Assembly (NCBI RefSeq): GCF_037042905.1
Contig: NC_087251.1
Location: 2,110,001-2,174,000, forward strand
Source: Lytechinus pictus
Taxonomy: Eukaryota
Length of the DNA: 64,000 bases
Direction of reading: 5' to 3'
Position 1 is the stretch's first letter. The number at the start of each line of letters is the position of its first letter. Shown here piece after piece: positions 1 through 13,500 of this stretch. The position numbers were made by a program, and so were the translations under genes. The notes under the pieces were generated by a model. The model worked only from the letters and a program-made list of their open reading frames with translations, was not told the DNA's origin and did no database searches.

Positions 1-528
1 TTGACAATAAATGCCATTTGACCTTGATCATGCAAGACTTGTCAGTGATACTTGATTACCCCTATATCCACATTTCATAAACTAAATCTATAAACTTTGA
101 AAGTTATGTCAACAATCTAATAATTACCTCCGAAATGGCCAAAGTTCAATGACCTTAAATGACCTTTGACTTTGGTCATGTGACCTGAAACTCACATGAG
201 ATTTTCAATGATACTTGACTACTCTATGTCCAAGTTTTATGAACTAGATCCATACACTTTCAGAATTATGATGGTTATTCAACAAATACCCCCAATATTG
301 CCAAAGTCCATTGACCTTTGACCTTGGTCATATGACCTGAAACTTGCACAGGATGTTCAGTAATACTTGATCAACCTTATGGCCAAGTTTCATGAACTAG
401 ATCCATATACTTTCTAAGTTATGCTGTCATTTCAAAAACTTAACCTTCGGTTAAGATTTGGTGTTGACGCGCCGCCGTCGGAAAAGCGGCGCCTATAGTC
501 TCACTCTGCTTCGCAGGTGAGACAAAAA
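1..528 (-). mobile_element. Interspersed repeat with tandem TGACCTTTGACC-type subunits (HINE/Helentron-like non-autonomous element), truncated by the window start
   Basis: Reverse complement of 415-528 (ttttgtctcacctgc...gagactataggcgccgcttttcc...aaatcttaacc.aaggttaagtttttgaaatg) aligns by eye to the start of the element at 40638. Confidence 0.6.
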
Positions 529-548
529 TGAAAAAGCAGGGGTATTTT

Positions 549-1760
549 TTAATGGATTTTCATTTCTATAAGACAAAAGAATCATGTTCTTTGTTGACCC
601 TTCAAGACTATTTCTGCTAGTTTTGCAGTTTTTCAATTCAGACCTCATCCAACACTTTTGAATCCTGCTCTTTTCGTGATGGCATGATCATTACAAGCAT
701 GGTATAATTCTAAAAAGAATTAATTGGTCTTTTGAATGATATCAAATATGCATAGTGAAAAATTGGGAGTTGGGAGAAATTACTGGCCAAACTCAGATTT
801 CCAAACCTTTTTGAGGGGTTTATATATAAACTCCTCAAAATAAGTTTGGAAATCTGACTTTGATCGATAATCCCTCCTCGGTTTTAGTAAAGATCAATGT
901 GTAATTACTATCAATAAATAGAGCATTTAATTCTCTTTAAAATGATACCCTACATGATATGATTATGGGTCACATGGAGGTGCAGTGCCTTGAAATATAG
1001 GGCAAGGTCAAATTTCAAAAGCTGAAAAATGACACAATATTGAAAGTCACTGTTCTTTTTTCCGTGGTGATGATTGAGTTTCTTAGCGGTTTCCTTTGAC
1101 TTTGATCGATGATGCCTCATCGGTTCTAGTACATATCAATGTGTAATTAATATTAATGAATAGATTATTTAATTTTCTTTAAAATGATACCCTACATGAT
1201 GTGATTATCGTTCACATGGAGGTGCAGTGCCTTGAAATGTGGGGCAAGGTCAAAATTCAAAAGTTGCAAAATGACACAATATTGAAAGTTCTTTTTTCAG
1301 TGATGATGAGTGAGTTTCTCAGCGGTTTCTTTTAATTATTTCCATGCACCTTTACATCATCATTAACATGGAATCAAACACACCTCTGCACAAGCAAACA
1401 CATAACAAACAAACAAACAAACATGCATGGGTATTTCAAACCACGACTCAAACCATGTTATCTCACAGAACCATCACCGTGACTACAGAAGCAGGGGCTT
1501 GATTTGAATGGATTTTAATCTCTATTGACACAGACAAAATAATCATGTTCTGTATTGACCCTTCATGACTATTTCTGCTCGTTTTGCAGCTTTTCAATTC
1601 AGACCTCATCCAACACTTTTGAATCCTGCTTGTTCTGCTTCGTGATGGCATGATCATGACAAGCATGGTATCATTTTAAAGAGAATCAAATGATCTTTTG
1701 AATATCAAATATGCATTGTGTAAAATTGGAAATTGGGAGAAATTAATGGCCAAACTCAGA
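549..1760. repeat. Locally duplicated repeat blocks (549-800 resembles 1507-1760; 855-1080 resembles 1097-1330)
   Basis: Similar strings recur, e.g. ttttcaattcagacctcatccaacacttttgaatcctgct and aaaatgataccctacatgat...cacatggaggtgcagtgccttgaaat. Confidence 0.7.
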
Positions 1761-1764
1761 TATA

Positions 1765-2250
1765 CTACCCCCTAGTAGTTACCTATGACCCCATCACAGC
1801 TAAAATCACTCGAATCATCCACAAACACAACCCTACATTATCAGAAAACCAGCTACTTCACGCCACCTTCCAGGACCCCCCCCCCCCCCCCCATGGTCGC
1901 CTTTAGGAGGGCCCGCACTTTACGTGACCTCCTCACAAAAGCGGCTGACCCCACAAAACTCAGCAGACACCAAGACAACGACAACAATAACAACATCAAC
2001 GGCTTCCGCAACTGCCAATCAAAAAGATGCATGTTACACAATTATACAACAGATAATCAAACATACACCATCACGATCACCGGCCAGACATACCCTACCA
2101 ACTCACAACTCAATTGCAAATCTCAATGGATCATATACCTCATCACATGCAAGAAATGTCATAAACAATACGTTGGTAAAACAGAAAACACACTCTACAA
2201 CAGATTCAGTAACACCAGATCAGAAATCCGCAATTACAACTCCACCACTA
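1765..2250 (+). mobile_element. Penelope-like retroelement fragment (RT-endonuclease linker and GIY-YIG endonuclease N-terminus)
   Basis: ORF 1785-2309 contains VAFRRARTLRDLL, C..KRC, ITGQTY and NCKSQWIIYLITCKKCHKQYVGKT, the IY...YVG signature of Penelope GIY-YIG domains; truncated at both ends. Confidence 0.85.
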
Positions 2251-4178
2251 AAATTTCGAGATTTAGACCTACTGAACGAGACACTCTATTCATGTTTTGT
2301 AAATCATGAAAAGGATAAGTAATTGGGGATCTTCTTTACATTGATAATGCGAGCGCAAAGCGCGAGCAGAAATTTTTTTATACGTTTTGAACTGATCTAA
2401 AATGACTGCTTGCACTTAGCCATGAAGACGTTACATATTTCAGCAATCAAATAATGCGAGCGCAAAGCGCGGGCTGAAAATTTTTGACATTTCTACATAA
2501 AGAATGGAAAATTTTAATCAATTTTTGTAATCGTGAACAAGATAGCTTTATAACTAAACAATTAATGCGAGCGCGAGGCGCGAGCGGAAAACATCGAGAT
2601 TTAGACCTAAAAACGGGACATTCTATTCATGTTTTGTAAATCATGAAAAGGCTGAGTAATTGGGGGTCTTCCTTCCATTAATAATGCGAGCAGAAATTTG
2701 TTATACGTTTTGAACTGATCGAAAAGGACTGCTTGCACTTAGCCATAAAGACGTTACATATTTCAACAATCAAATAATGTGATCGCAAAGCGCGAGCTGA
2801 AATTTTTTGACATTTCTACATAAAGAATGGAAATTTTTAATCAATTTTTGTAATCGTGAACAAGATAGCTATATAACTAAACAATTAATGCGAGCGCGAA
2901 GCGCGAGCGGAAAAAATCTAGATTTAGACCTAAAAACGGGACACTCAATGCATGTTTTTTTGTAAATCATGAAAAGAATGAGTAATAGGGGATCTTCCTA
3001 CATTAAAAATGCGACCACAAAGCGCGAGCAGAAAATTTTTGATATTGTGATCTGAAACTGGAAAACGATTTACATGGAGAACAAGTCGAGTATCTGAATT
3101 CATATTTAGACCTAGAATCTTGGCATTCTGAATACATCTTTAATCATGAAAATCAAAGCGAGTGCGAAGCGCGTGCTTAAACTATTTGATATTCCGATCT
3201 GAAAAAAGTCAATTTCAGCTCTATATTTCAAGCACTTTGTAGGAAAATAGTGAGGTAAAGAGTTAGTATTTTTCATTATAATTACTTTGAGTTTTGACAT
3301 AGGACCGGGACATCCTTAGGACATGTCATCATATGAAAATGATGCTGTCTTCTTATTCCTCTTAATTGCTAGGCGCGAGATGAAACAAAACGGAGAATTC
3401 AATATCTTATTCATTAATGCCTAATGAGGGCGCGAAATCTGATGACATTATGGGCTGAAAACTGGAAATTTCAAGCACTTTTGTAATTATAAATAGGATG
3501 CATCAGTTAATATATTTTTAACCATTAATGCGAGCGCAAATTGCGAGCCTAAATTTTTTATACACTGTCATGAAAAGGGGATTTTAAGTAGTTTGTTGTA
3601 TAATCAATATTGAGACATACATAACTCGCCAATCAAAATGCGAGCGTGCAGCGCTAGCTGATACGTTTTGACAATCAGACCTGAAAAGGGATATTTTGAA
3701 AACTTTATGGAATACACGAAAATAATAGGTACGTGATAAATTAAAATTTGCGAGCGCGCAGCGCGAGCAGAAAATGTTAATATTCAGATCATAAAACTGA
3801 CATTTTTACAGAGCACTTTTTAAAAATCAATTTGTAAATCACACAAAATCATGAAAGTTCGATTTCCGATATGAAATATGTTTTGTATATTGACTTCGAA
3901 ACTTGATATTTAAACTCCATATTGAACAAGATATGAAAATCACCCAACAGGCAATGCGAAGCGCGAGCGAAAATTTTATATAGTGACATGAAAGATTCTT
4001 TATATTTTCCAGGTCTTCCCCTCATCTTATTTTATTCACTCGTCTTCCCCCTTTTCCTTTTCTCCTCTCTTTTCCCTCCCTTTTTCTTTCTTTTTTCTTC
4101 CTTTTTTTCTTTCTTTCCTTTTTTCCCTTTTTATTGCTCTGCCAATAGCGAGGGGGGGGGGGCTGGATCCGCCTATGC
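2251..4178. repeat. Degenerate tandem array built on a GCGAGCGCGAAGCGCGAGC hairpin motif (about 330-bp higher-order unit at 2255-2950), ending in a G-run/GGATCCGCC terminus
   Basis: More than 15 recurrences of the gcgagcgc.a.gcgcgagc motif; repeated gatttagacct and ttttgtaaatcatgaaaag anchors. Confidence 0.7.
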
Positions 4179-6316
4179 AAATGTGCAATTTGCAACATAA
4201 TAACACGTTTAAAACCGCGAGTTGGAAAGGAAATGCAAGAAACACAATATGAAGGTAACTTTAATGTAGAGACTTGTTTCAAGGACGTAGATATTTGTTT
4301 GGAAATGTCACATTCCATTATTTTGTTTTAGTGTCCCCATGGGAGATAAAATAGACGTTGAATTGATAACCCTAAATCTATTAAGCAATTAAAAATAAAC
4401 TGATGAAAATGATAAATTGTATGTTGTGGACATATTTCCTCTAGGTTCGATCTGTGAAGTAGGGACAGATTTATGATGTTTTCATGACAAATATAACATT
4501 TTTAGATAACATTTGTCATTTGCGAATCCAAATTTCCGGGCAGGTTCAGTCCTTGTCGTGGCAGCCTACAAATACCCCCCCCTGCCCCATTTACCTCATT
4601 CTCTCTCGTTCTCCCCCCCCCCCCCTCTCTCTCTCTCTCCCTCTTTCTCCCACCACTGTCTGTATCCCTCTCTGTGTCTCTCTCCTCTTTCTATCCTTCC
4701 CATTTATTCACTATTCAATAACATTTTTCGTTACTCAATCTTCATTTCAGTATATAGAGGCAAAGGGCACTAAACAAGTATGAACTAACATAAGACACCT
4801 ATGCTAAAATTAATTGACCTCGATGACAAAGTGCAAGAGCCACGTAACTATAAATAATGATGTTGATGCTAGATTCGTTGGTGGTAGTGGTTACCATAGT
4901 AACCATGAACTAACTCCGACAGTATCCCAGCGAGCGTTCGAAGGATATTGAAGCGAACTAGACTAGACTAATGGATGACTTCCGCGTTTATACGAGAGAA
5001 GTAGGCCCCACTCATTTTAGATCAGGGTACATTATACCACACGGAAATGATTTATCCAAATTCACCAATTCATTTGCATAAGCAAAATAATGCATTATTT
5101 AATCGATTTTTCTGTTAACAATTGGTTATTATTTATCAAATTATATTGTATATTCTTTAGTTTTTCTTCATGTATTCTCTATCATTTTCCATCCCTTTTT
5201 CTCCCTTCCCTCCCTTCAGTTTAATTTTCGATTGGCGAGGCACGTTGAACAGATTAATCCTATCTATAGCCGGAATGAAAGGACTATTGTTCGACCACCA
5301 GTTGGTCATTTAAATTTACTTCGAACACCGTTCGAAAATACCCCTCGAGTGTTTTGAACATGACCAAAACCTTCGGGACGGCCAAAAGAAATGACAAAAA
5401 TATTTCGAATGCACTCAGAATATCTAAAATGCGCCTAGAATGTCCAAGAATGTAGCATGAAATTATAAATCTGACTCCATTGCGGTTCATTTTGACTAGT
5501 GTATGATGATTCACCTGGTCAATTTACTGAATTTCAACTCCAGTTTGGTGACTTCATAAGTTCCTCTAAAAAAATTCTAGATTTTTTTGAATATTTTTTT
5601 CGTTCCAGCTTCTGCTTGATTCCTGCTGATTCCGAATAAGTGTGATGGGGGCTTAAAGCTTTAGTTAAACGTCCAATACTGTGGGTAATATTTAGATATT
5701 ATTCTCAGATTCAAATCATATAAATGTTTAGTTATTTTCATTGATTCGATATAAAAAGTTGAATTTTATTCTTTTTATCCGATCTAGAGCCATATTTCGT
5801 CGCCCCCCTCCCCCTCTCTCTCTCAGTTCATGTCATTCAAACACATTTCATACTAAATTTTGATTTCAGAAATTTTTGCTCCACTCTGTATAACTGACAA
5901 AGAAAAATAACGTAGGGTTTAGTTGTGTGTTTTTCGGGGATAGTACAAACATCAATTTAGACAGTTTAACCATGGATCCTTTCCATGGTTAAACTAAATC
6001 TGTTTATGCCAATGAATATTATAATTTAGATCTTATATTTCATCACATATATGTTTTATGATATAATATTAGACCCCTTATTTTTCGGACCATGAAATCT
6101 AACTGTGGAAATGAATAAGCAAAACTTAATGTAGTAAGTAAAAACATTTTGCCTTTAATTGTTCATTGTTGTTGTCGTCGGTATTGTAATTCAATATAAT
6201 TGCTCTTTTCAATTTATCAAATTACTTTGCTCGACGTAAATGTTTACGTTTAACCCTGTAAAAATAAAATGGCTACTTTCAGTATTTTGTGTGCTTGTGT
6301 GGGCGGTGTCTTCTGA

Positions 6317-7596
6317 CAGGCGCGTAGCTAAGGGGGCGGTCGCCCCCCCCCCAAAAAAAAAAGTCCCCAAAAAGAAGGGAAAAAAGAGAGGAGAAAAGGA
6401 AAAGCGAAGGGAGGAAAGGGAAGAAAGGTAGCTTTGTGGGTTTTTCTTTTTATTCTTTATTTTTTTCTCAAAAGACTGAAACTCCTTCACCATGTTCACT
6501 CTTGCTCTAAATTAATATATATGAATATGAACTTTGTTTCCCTCATCCTTTCTCTAATCCTGTTTTTCCACCTCAACTAATAATATTGTTTCTTGCCAGT
6601 TAAAGTTCAAATGTATACATCAGGGCATGGAATTAGAGTAAGGTTAGGCCGAAGTGTATAAAGTTATCTTTTTTTCAAATTGATCGCACAACTTCTGGTC
6701 GGGTCGACTCCGGGCGGGTAAAATCTTTATATCAATTTCTGCCGTCACCTCCTTATAGGCAACTTTTCCTGCTTTTCAGCTCATTGCTAAACAACCATAA
6801 TTTGGGGGCAAACAGGTTAAAAAGAGGATCGAGGGTATAAATTCGTGTCGTATTAAATAAAAAAAAAAGACAATATTTTTTTTTTCAATTTCTATTGAAC
6901 TTCATGTCATTTCCCTGCACATTTATTTCCTATCCTGTTTTGCGCCCTCAGTTTGAAATTGTGAGTTTCTTTATCATTCAAAATGAAGTGCTTCAGGATA
7001 AGTCAAAGAAATTGTACATCATCCTTTAATATAATTTCAATAAATCACAGAAGTTTCCACTTTTTGCGCACTATTTTCTTTGTAATGAAGTTCAATAATC
7101 TTAGAAAATCAATTGAATTAGAGCCGATGGGGTATTAGAGATGTCTGCATTATATGAAACGTCCGCCCTTTGAAATTTCAGAGTTTCATTGCTCTGCGCG
7201 GGGAGGAATATCTTCTTCCCGGCAAATACCCTGGAAAAAATGATAAAACGCTTTAGCTTCTGTGCTTCGCGCGGTGTAATTATCATTCTAATTTCCACCA
7301 TTTTATCCTTTTTGTGCGTTCACAATCACTTTTGAAAACAAGGTTCAAAATCACAATATAGTCAACTGAATTGGAGCTGATATAGGTACTAGAGACAAGA
7401 GAGACGGCACCTTTTCATTCTAATTTATGAAACACCGAAAGCTTCGCGCGAGAGGGGGAAACTTCCCCTCCCTGCACCCGCCCCCTAGGGAGCGCGCTTC
7501 GCGCGATCTGTAAGTGGTGGCACCAAAGGGTGGCGGGTGGCACGCTTCGCGGGCATTTACCGCCCCCTCCAAAATGAAATCCTGGCTACGCGGTTG
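6317..7596. mobile_element. Non-autonomous TIR element, paralogue of 17491-18931
   Basis: Termini caggcgcgtagc and gctacgcggttg; internal sequence colinear with 17491-18931; no TSD visible here. Confidence 0.8.
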
Positions 7597-7659
7597 ATAG
7601 TATATCGAATTATCCTATAGATGGCGCCATTGTGTTTGAAAACGTTGACCGGTCACTAC

Positions 7660-8721
7660 CACTGAACTAGAAATACGTATATATGAATGTGTGATTGAAC
7701 AGTATGTGAGGGAGGGAAGGGAATATTTACTCAAAATGTATATAGAGAAAGTTGAAATGACAAAGGCAAAATGGTAAAGATGGAGAGAGAAACAAAAAAC
7801 AGACGACCAACGAGAAGGAAAGAAGAGGAAGATCAAAGAGAAAGAGAGGGAGAGGGAGAGAAAAGGGGGAAATGACGAGAAATGAGAAAGAGGTGAGGAG
7901 AGAAAGGCTAGACGAGAGGGAGATAAAAGAGGGCGCGATATAAGGGAGATGGGGAAATAAAAGAGAGATATAAGGGGGATAGAAAGAAAGGGAAGGTAAG
8001 AGAGAGAGAGAGATGAGAAAGAAGAGGAAAATCAGAGAGAAAGAAGCCAAAGAGAAAGGAAAAATAATAAAGAGGGAGATCGAGATGATATACTGGAGAA
8101 ATAAGAGAGAGGGGCGTGAAAGTAGAAATGGAAGAAATAGAAGGGGATGGAGAAAAGGGAGGATAAGAGAGATGGACAGAAGAGAAAAATCAGAGAAAAT
8201 GAGATGAGATGAATAGTTGAATGAGAAGGGAGGTATAAAAAAACCTAGAGAAAAGGGACATGATTTCTAATCGTTTAAAGAATTTTTTAATGCAACCAGC
8301 TAGTAGGCCTTTATTGTTCAGACAAATTGTAGGCCTACTCAGAAAGCATATTTGTTGTGGGGCCTTTCTTGGTCACAGTGTGCGCGTGAAAAAGGTCGAT
8401 TTTTTATGATTTCATGTCTGTATGTTTACTCCCCTTAATACAAAAATGTGACTAAATCAACATTTTCAGTTATAAAAGTATTCAATAACATATAGTTCAT
8501 GATGTAACAAAGCAAACTAAAACTTTAAACAGCACAAGGAACACTTTCTTTGCGTTCCTTTCTCCCATCTGCCTACACGCAGCATTTGTCGACCAGCCAG
8601 TCTTGACCTAGCAAAATGGCGGCGCGCTCAGTCGAGCGTGAAGCCCGATGCTCTTCGTTGCCGCACGGCTTTGTGTACGTTGGGAATAGGGACACGTATT
8701 CCACGTATTTCTAGTTCAGTG
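7660..8721. mobile_element. hAT-like MITE with a purine-rich interior
   Basis: 19-bp TIR cactgaactagaaatacgt / acgtatttctagttcagtg; 8-bp TSD gtcactac at 7652-7659 and 8722-8729. Confidence 0.8.
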
Positions 8722-9574
8722 GTCACTACGCACCTCGCAAATGATTTGGAAAAAACGCACAATTCCTTTGTCAACTTTTTAAATTTGTGGTAATTCACAA
8801 TTTATTGATGAATAAACAGTATTTCGTGAGGTATGTTTAATATTATTTTTCGTTCGTTTAGATATCATTACCCGCATGGTCATTTGATTCCAGCTAACTG
8901 AATAATCATGAAGAGTGTAAACCGTCTCAATTCCTTATAGGGAGCATTCTAGTAATGATCAGTCAAGTCACTTATTTTTAAAGACGACTACCCGTACCAT
9001 CATTCCTGTCACCATGGTCACGACATCTACCACAACCAAACCTGTCACCATAACTAAAATGGTCAAACCCTACAACACAATCTCATCTATCACCACCACA
9101 ACTCCCATCAAACCAACACGACTACCACCATGACCAAAGTCACCAGTTACCCTACCCCCCTCCCTTTCTTTCTCTCTCTCTTTCTCTTCCCCCCCCCCCC
9201 TTCTCTCTTTTTCTCTCTCTCTCTCTCCCTCATACTTTAATCTTATTTCTCATTCGCCCGTAATACATTTCATATATCTGAATTTAGAAGCGCTTTGATA
9301 CCGTGTTATATTTCAAGCAGCATTTATTGATTATCAAATAAATTTAATCTTTATAAAACAAAATTAATCTTTAATTGAACATTTATGTAAGCAGTCAAAT
9401 AGTCATAATGTAATGAGGATGATTGGTAGTCACTGGTTCATATTCGCTGACGATAAATCATGACCGAGAACACAATAAGTTTGCAAATTTTCACATTTTT
9501 GGTCTGTTTTATCTAAAATAAAAAATCGTATCACAGTAACGTAAAGGAATACAAAAGCTTGAAGAGGAAAGTTG

Positions 9575-9750
9575 TATCTTGTGTAATGGTTCTGGCTCTC
9601 GCCTTGTAATCAGAGGGTCATAGGTTCGAATCCTACTTCAGGTGTTATTTTGCACTCGACCCAGGTGAGATGACTGGGTACCGGTAGGATTTGTTCCTTG
9701 AACGCTTTAGCGCTTATTGTGTTCTGCTACAGTCGAGTATAATAATAGAA
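9575..9750 (+). mobile_element. Degenerate tRNA-derived SINE
   Basis: A-box-like gtgtaatggtt, B-box ggttcgaatcc, and central gcactcgacccaggtgag shared with the SINE at 28161. Confidence 0.65.
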
Positions 9751-9906
9751 ATCATCATACCATAGTCAAGAGGATCATGAAATAAAATCGTCGTTTGTAC
9801 TGAAAGACTGATAAATATATATGCACTATAAACATTACGAAAAAGCCGATTTAGTGTTGAACAAAAATGGTTCGATCATTCCACTCCACGGTAAAGGTGA
9901 TCTCTT

Positions 9907-10593
9907 TCAAATATAATCATATATCTTATTAGGTGGAACCGAGTAACTAGCATAAAGAAGCCTTGCATAGATAGAAGGTCCAGTGATTGATGGCCGTCTT
10001 GATGATGCGGTACTCGATGAGAAACCAAGAATACTAGACCTTACAGACCCTTGCAATGAAGATATCCAGTTGGCCTTCGGTAACGTCGCGCGCTTTTCAT
10101 CAGGTTTAGGACTCTCTGTAGTCTTTGCCGAGACACTCAATGGTGATTGATCGAGTTGTTGAGATCTACGAGGTAAGCTCAATGAAGGTGTTTGCTTTGG
10201 AACAGATGATCTTCGACTCGGATGAATGGATTCATACATAGAGACCGTCTGACGGACAATGTAAGGACTTGGACTCTCAGAGGTAGTGGCTGATGGCTCC
10301 TGAAGTGGATTTTCTCCTTGACGAGATTCGGTTACTCCTGGAGTCTCAGTGATTTCATCGAGCCGATATGTTTGGGTTTCTAATGGTCTATGCATTTGCG
10401 AGGGTGAAATAGATGGTGGAATTTGTAATAATTCTTGAGTCTGAAGATTTGTTGGTGACTGAAAGTCCGCCGATGAGGGCGCTTGCCATTGGTCTGAAGA
10501 TTGAGGTTCTGTTGTTTCCGAAGACGAAATCACAGAGAGTGATGTTTCTATTTGTCTGAGTGGATGATCAGGAATAGGAGATGCTTTCGTATT
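9907..10593 (-). CDS. Terminal exon of the membrane protein (S/P/T-rich tail with tyrosine motifs)
   Basis: Acceptor ttgattag, in frame with the 208-aa ORF 9907-10533; ends SIYARLLYASYSVPPNKIYDYI*. Confidence 0.75.
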   Translation of the reverse strand, partial: NTKASPIPDHPLRQIETSLSVISSSETTEPQSSDQWQAPSSADFQSPTNLQTQELLQIPPSISPSQMHRPLETQTYRLDEITETPGVTESRQGENPLQEPSATTSESPSPYIVRQTVSMYESIHPSRRSSVPKQTPSLSLPRRSQQLDQSPLSVSAKTTESPKPDEKRATLPKANWISSLQGSVRSSILGFSSSTASSRRPSITGPSIYARLLYASYSVPPNKIYDYI

Positions 10594-13500
10594 CTAATCA
10601 AATTAAATTCAGAAACATTTATTGTACAAGAAAAAGCATAGAACATTTAGAAACATTTATTGTAAAAGAAAAAGCATAGAGCAGAACGTCATCATATGAT
10701 ATGAAGAAGAAGAAGAAGGAGGAGGAGGGAGAGAAGAAGAAGAAGAAGAAGAATAAGAAGAAGAAGGAGAAGAAGAAGAAAAAGGGAATAATAAGGAGAA
10801 GGGAAAAGGGGGGAGAACAATAAGATGATAATAAAACCAATCCTATATCGGATCTTTGTTCAAAGCATTAGGTGCTTTGGGAGAGTGATCGTTTCAACGT
10901 ATACCTTTATTTTGTAGACTTGTGTCATTTCTGCTTCGTATCCGCCATTGTCGATTCCAACCACGTGACCATCTGTCATTCTATTCTCCTGGTGAACGCT
11001 CTTCTTCATCTTTGCTCTCTTTTGTTTGGCGATCTGTCACAATAAATATTATTAATGAATTCACTCATCAAAATATAGTATATACAACTTTATATTCAGT
11101 GGGTTTTTTCACATTATGTCCGTTCTGCGATTATGTTTCAAAAGAATATTTTTTCGCCGAATGAGTTCTCCTTTTTAAAACAGAAGTTCTGATTCACTTA
11201 CTGTAATCATCATTTCAAGCATCGCATAATCATTGTACATGACTTTCATCTGATTAAATGATTCTTATTTTCAATGCAAGATGAACGAACCTTACAATGC
11301 CTCTCGGGTAACGGTTTTTGGTGGTGGTGGTGGTGGTGGTGGTGATGATGATGATGATGATGATGATAATGACGAAGACGACACGACAACAACGACGACC
11401 ACTGTCACCATCATCATCATCTCCGCTATAGGTTAAGATAACTTACCAAACAATAGACTGTGGCAGAGAACAAAGCAAAGAGGAGCAGTGCTACCAGTAC
11501 AGCATAGAATATATCAGGAGCATATTGATGCCATCCGTCCCAGAATGATGGTGTCAAAGATGCAGAGCTACCATCCACCAGAAAGGCTTCTTGAGTTCCC
11601 GTTGTATTTGTAAACACAAACACATAATTTGACGCCATTAACTGAATATAAAAAATAGACAAATTGTGTAAAATATTCGTCATTCTGAATTCAACATAAG
11701 TTTAAAACTTTTTTCTTATTTCAAAGAGATATATACATTGGTCTTTAATATTTTCAAATTATCGTTTAGTATCATGATTGCATAATGTGTCGTCTTTGTT
11801 CGGTGCTGTACTTTGTTAATATATTTAAAGATAGTGTTTAAAATTAACTGCAACTTATTTACCGAGTACATACTGTCTTCTGTATTGATTATAATCAAGA
11901 AAAAATACAAAATCAGAGTTTGAATTTCATTGCTTACCCTGAAATTATCATTACAAACCCACAACCATTGTACCATAGAGCTATTTCAATTAGTTTCATA
12001 GTTCCAGCCACCGTCAATTTATCAGAACCGATGTTAAAATGTATTGGTCATTTTGATTCCATCATTAAAAGATGAGGGCGAAATGACCTGAGGCGCCGTC
12101 AATTGAACAAAGGTATAAATATAGAGATATATAACATCTTGCTTAAAACTATTCTTTCATCTTTCCTCCAATTTATTCATCTTTCTCTCTTTCACTACTT
12201 GAAAAAATTCTAGAGGGCGCCATCATCCTTTCTTCAGAGTGACAATATTGTTTTCATACTTACATCTCTATCCAACCTGTCTCTCGATGCTATTAGGGTG
12301 TTGTTTCTTGTGTTTATATCAATATCAAATGTTACTAGGATGCGACCACTGGGTGAAGAGACAATCTATTAACAAAGAGAGGTAGAAACTAAGAAAATTA
12401 TATGTTACAGTATGATATCCGTATCTTAATACAATTCAAATGTTATCAGTTCACACAAACATGTCACATTATACTTTATATTGCAACGCAAATCCCTATC
12501 TTAACATATTTCAAATGATATATCAGTTTCCACTGGACATAAAAGCAATGTATGCAGAACAAACACGCATATAATTCATATTTTACCATGCTTAAACATT
12601 TTTTTAATGATCTAAGTGATCAATTTCCTTTTCTAATGGAAAGTCAATTTAAGTTGTCAAACAATAGTTTTATCAAACCTTAATACCAACGCTCGCCCGA
12701 TCTGAATTATAAGGAATAAACATGTACTTTGGTGTTTTTTTTTTTTCAAAATTGAATAATATATATTGATTGTGCGACATAAGGGATGAAGAGAGATAAA
12801 CTGAACAAACAATGGAAAGAAAGGGTATAGGGATATAGATGTGACTATATATGAAACAACATATATTAATCATACTCACTTGAATATTCTTGATATGTTG
12901 ACTCGTTAAACTATACTTTGTTTGTAAATCGACGAGGAGTTGCCTGAAAGAAAGATTATCAATATAAACAGGGCTTGGGAAGGAGCAATAAGTATGTTTA
13001 TATGACTTTGAATTACCCATATAACACTCAACAAATCAAACTGTGTTGAATAAAAATTATAACCTTTCACATTACACGCCTACTTTCTCTTCATGTCAAG
13101 CACATAGAAAGTAGATGCTGAGCGACATAAAGATAATTTTTAATTCATATCAACTATTCATACTCTTGCCATACTAGGTTGCATGCACCCTCAATCGGAC
13201 CGAAAGCATAATATAATGATTATTGGATGAAACAGAAACGTAATAACAGCATGAAAACAGCAACAAAACTACCCGCGCCGCAAATCGATGCGTATACATT
13301 TCTTACGAGAACGCATAAAGCTTATTTCTATCGCTGCATGTTACTTGAAATTTAAGCATATAGTAAAGCAATTCTAATGATATTCTTTTCCTACATATCA
13401 TCACGATCATGTATTTATATAAAACCATCTCCATCTCTTTAAGAAATCTTTATTATTTTGATGAACACTTAAGTCTGAAACTATGGTAGAAGAGTTCGGA

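Noticed and set aside
7614..7628. CTCF-like motif cctatagatggcgc
   Set aside because: Single short match; not supportable without PWM or ChIP data
3988..8207. Lys/Arg/Glu-rich or Phe/Leu/Ser-rich short ORFs
   Set aside because: Arise from purine or pyrimidine tracts and repeats; no splice or domain support
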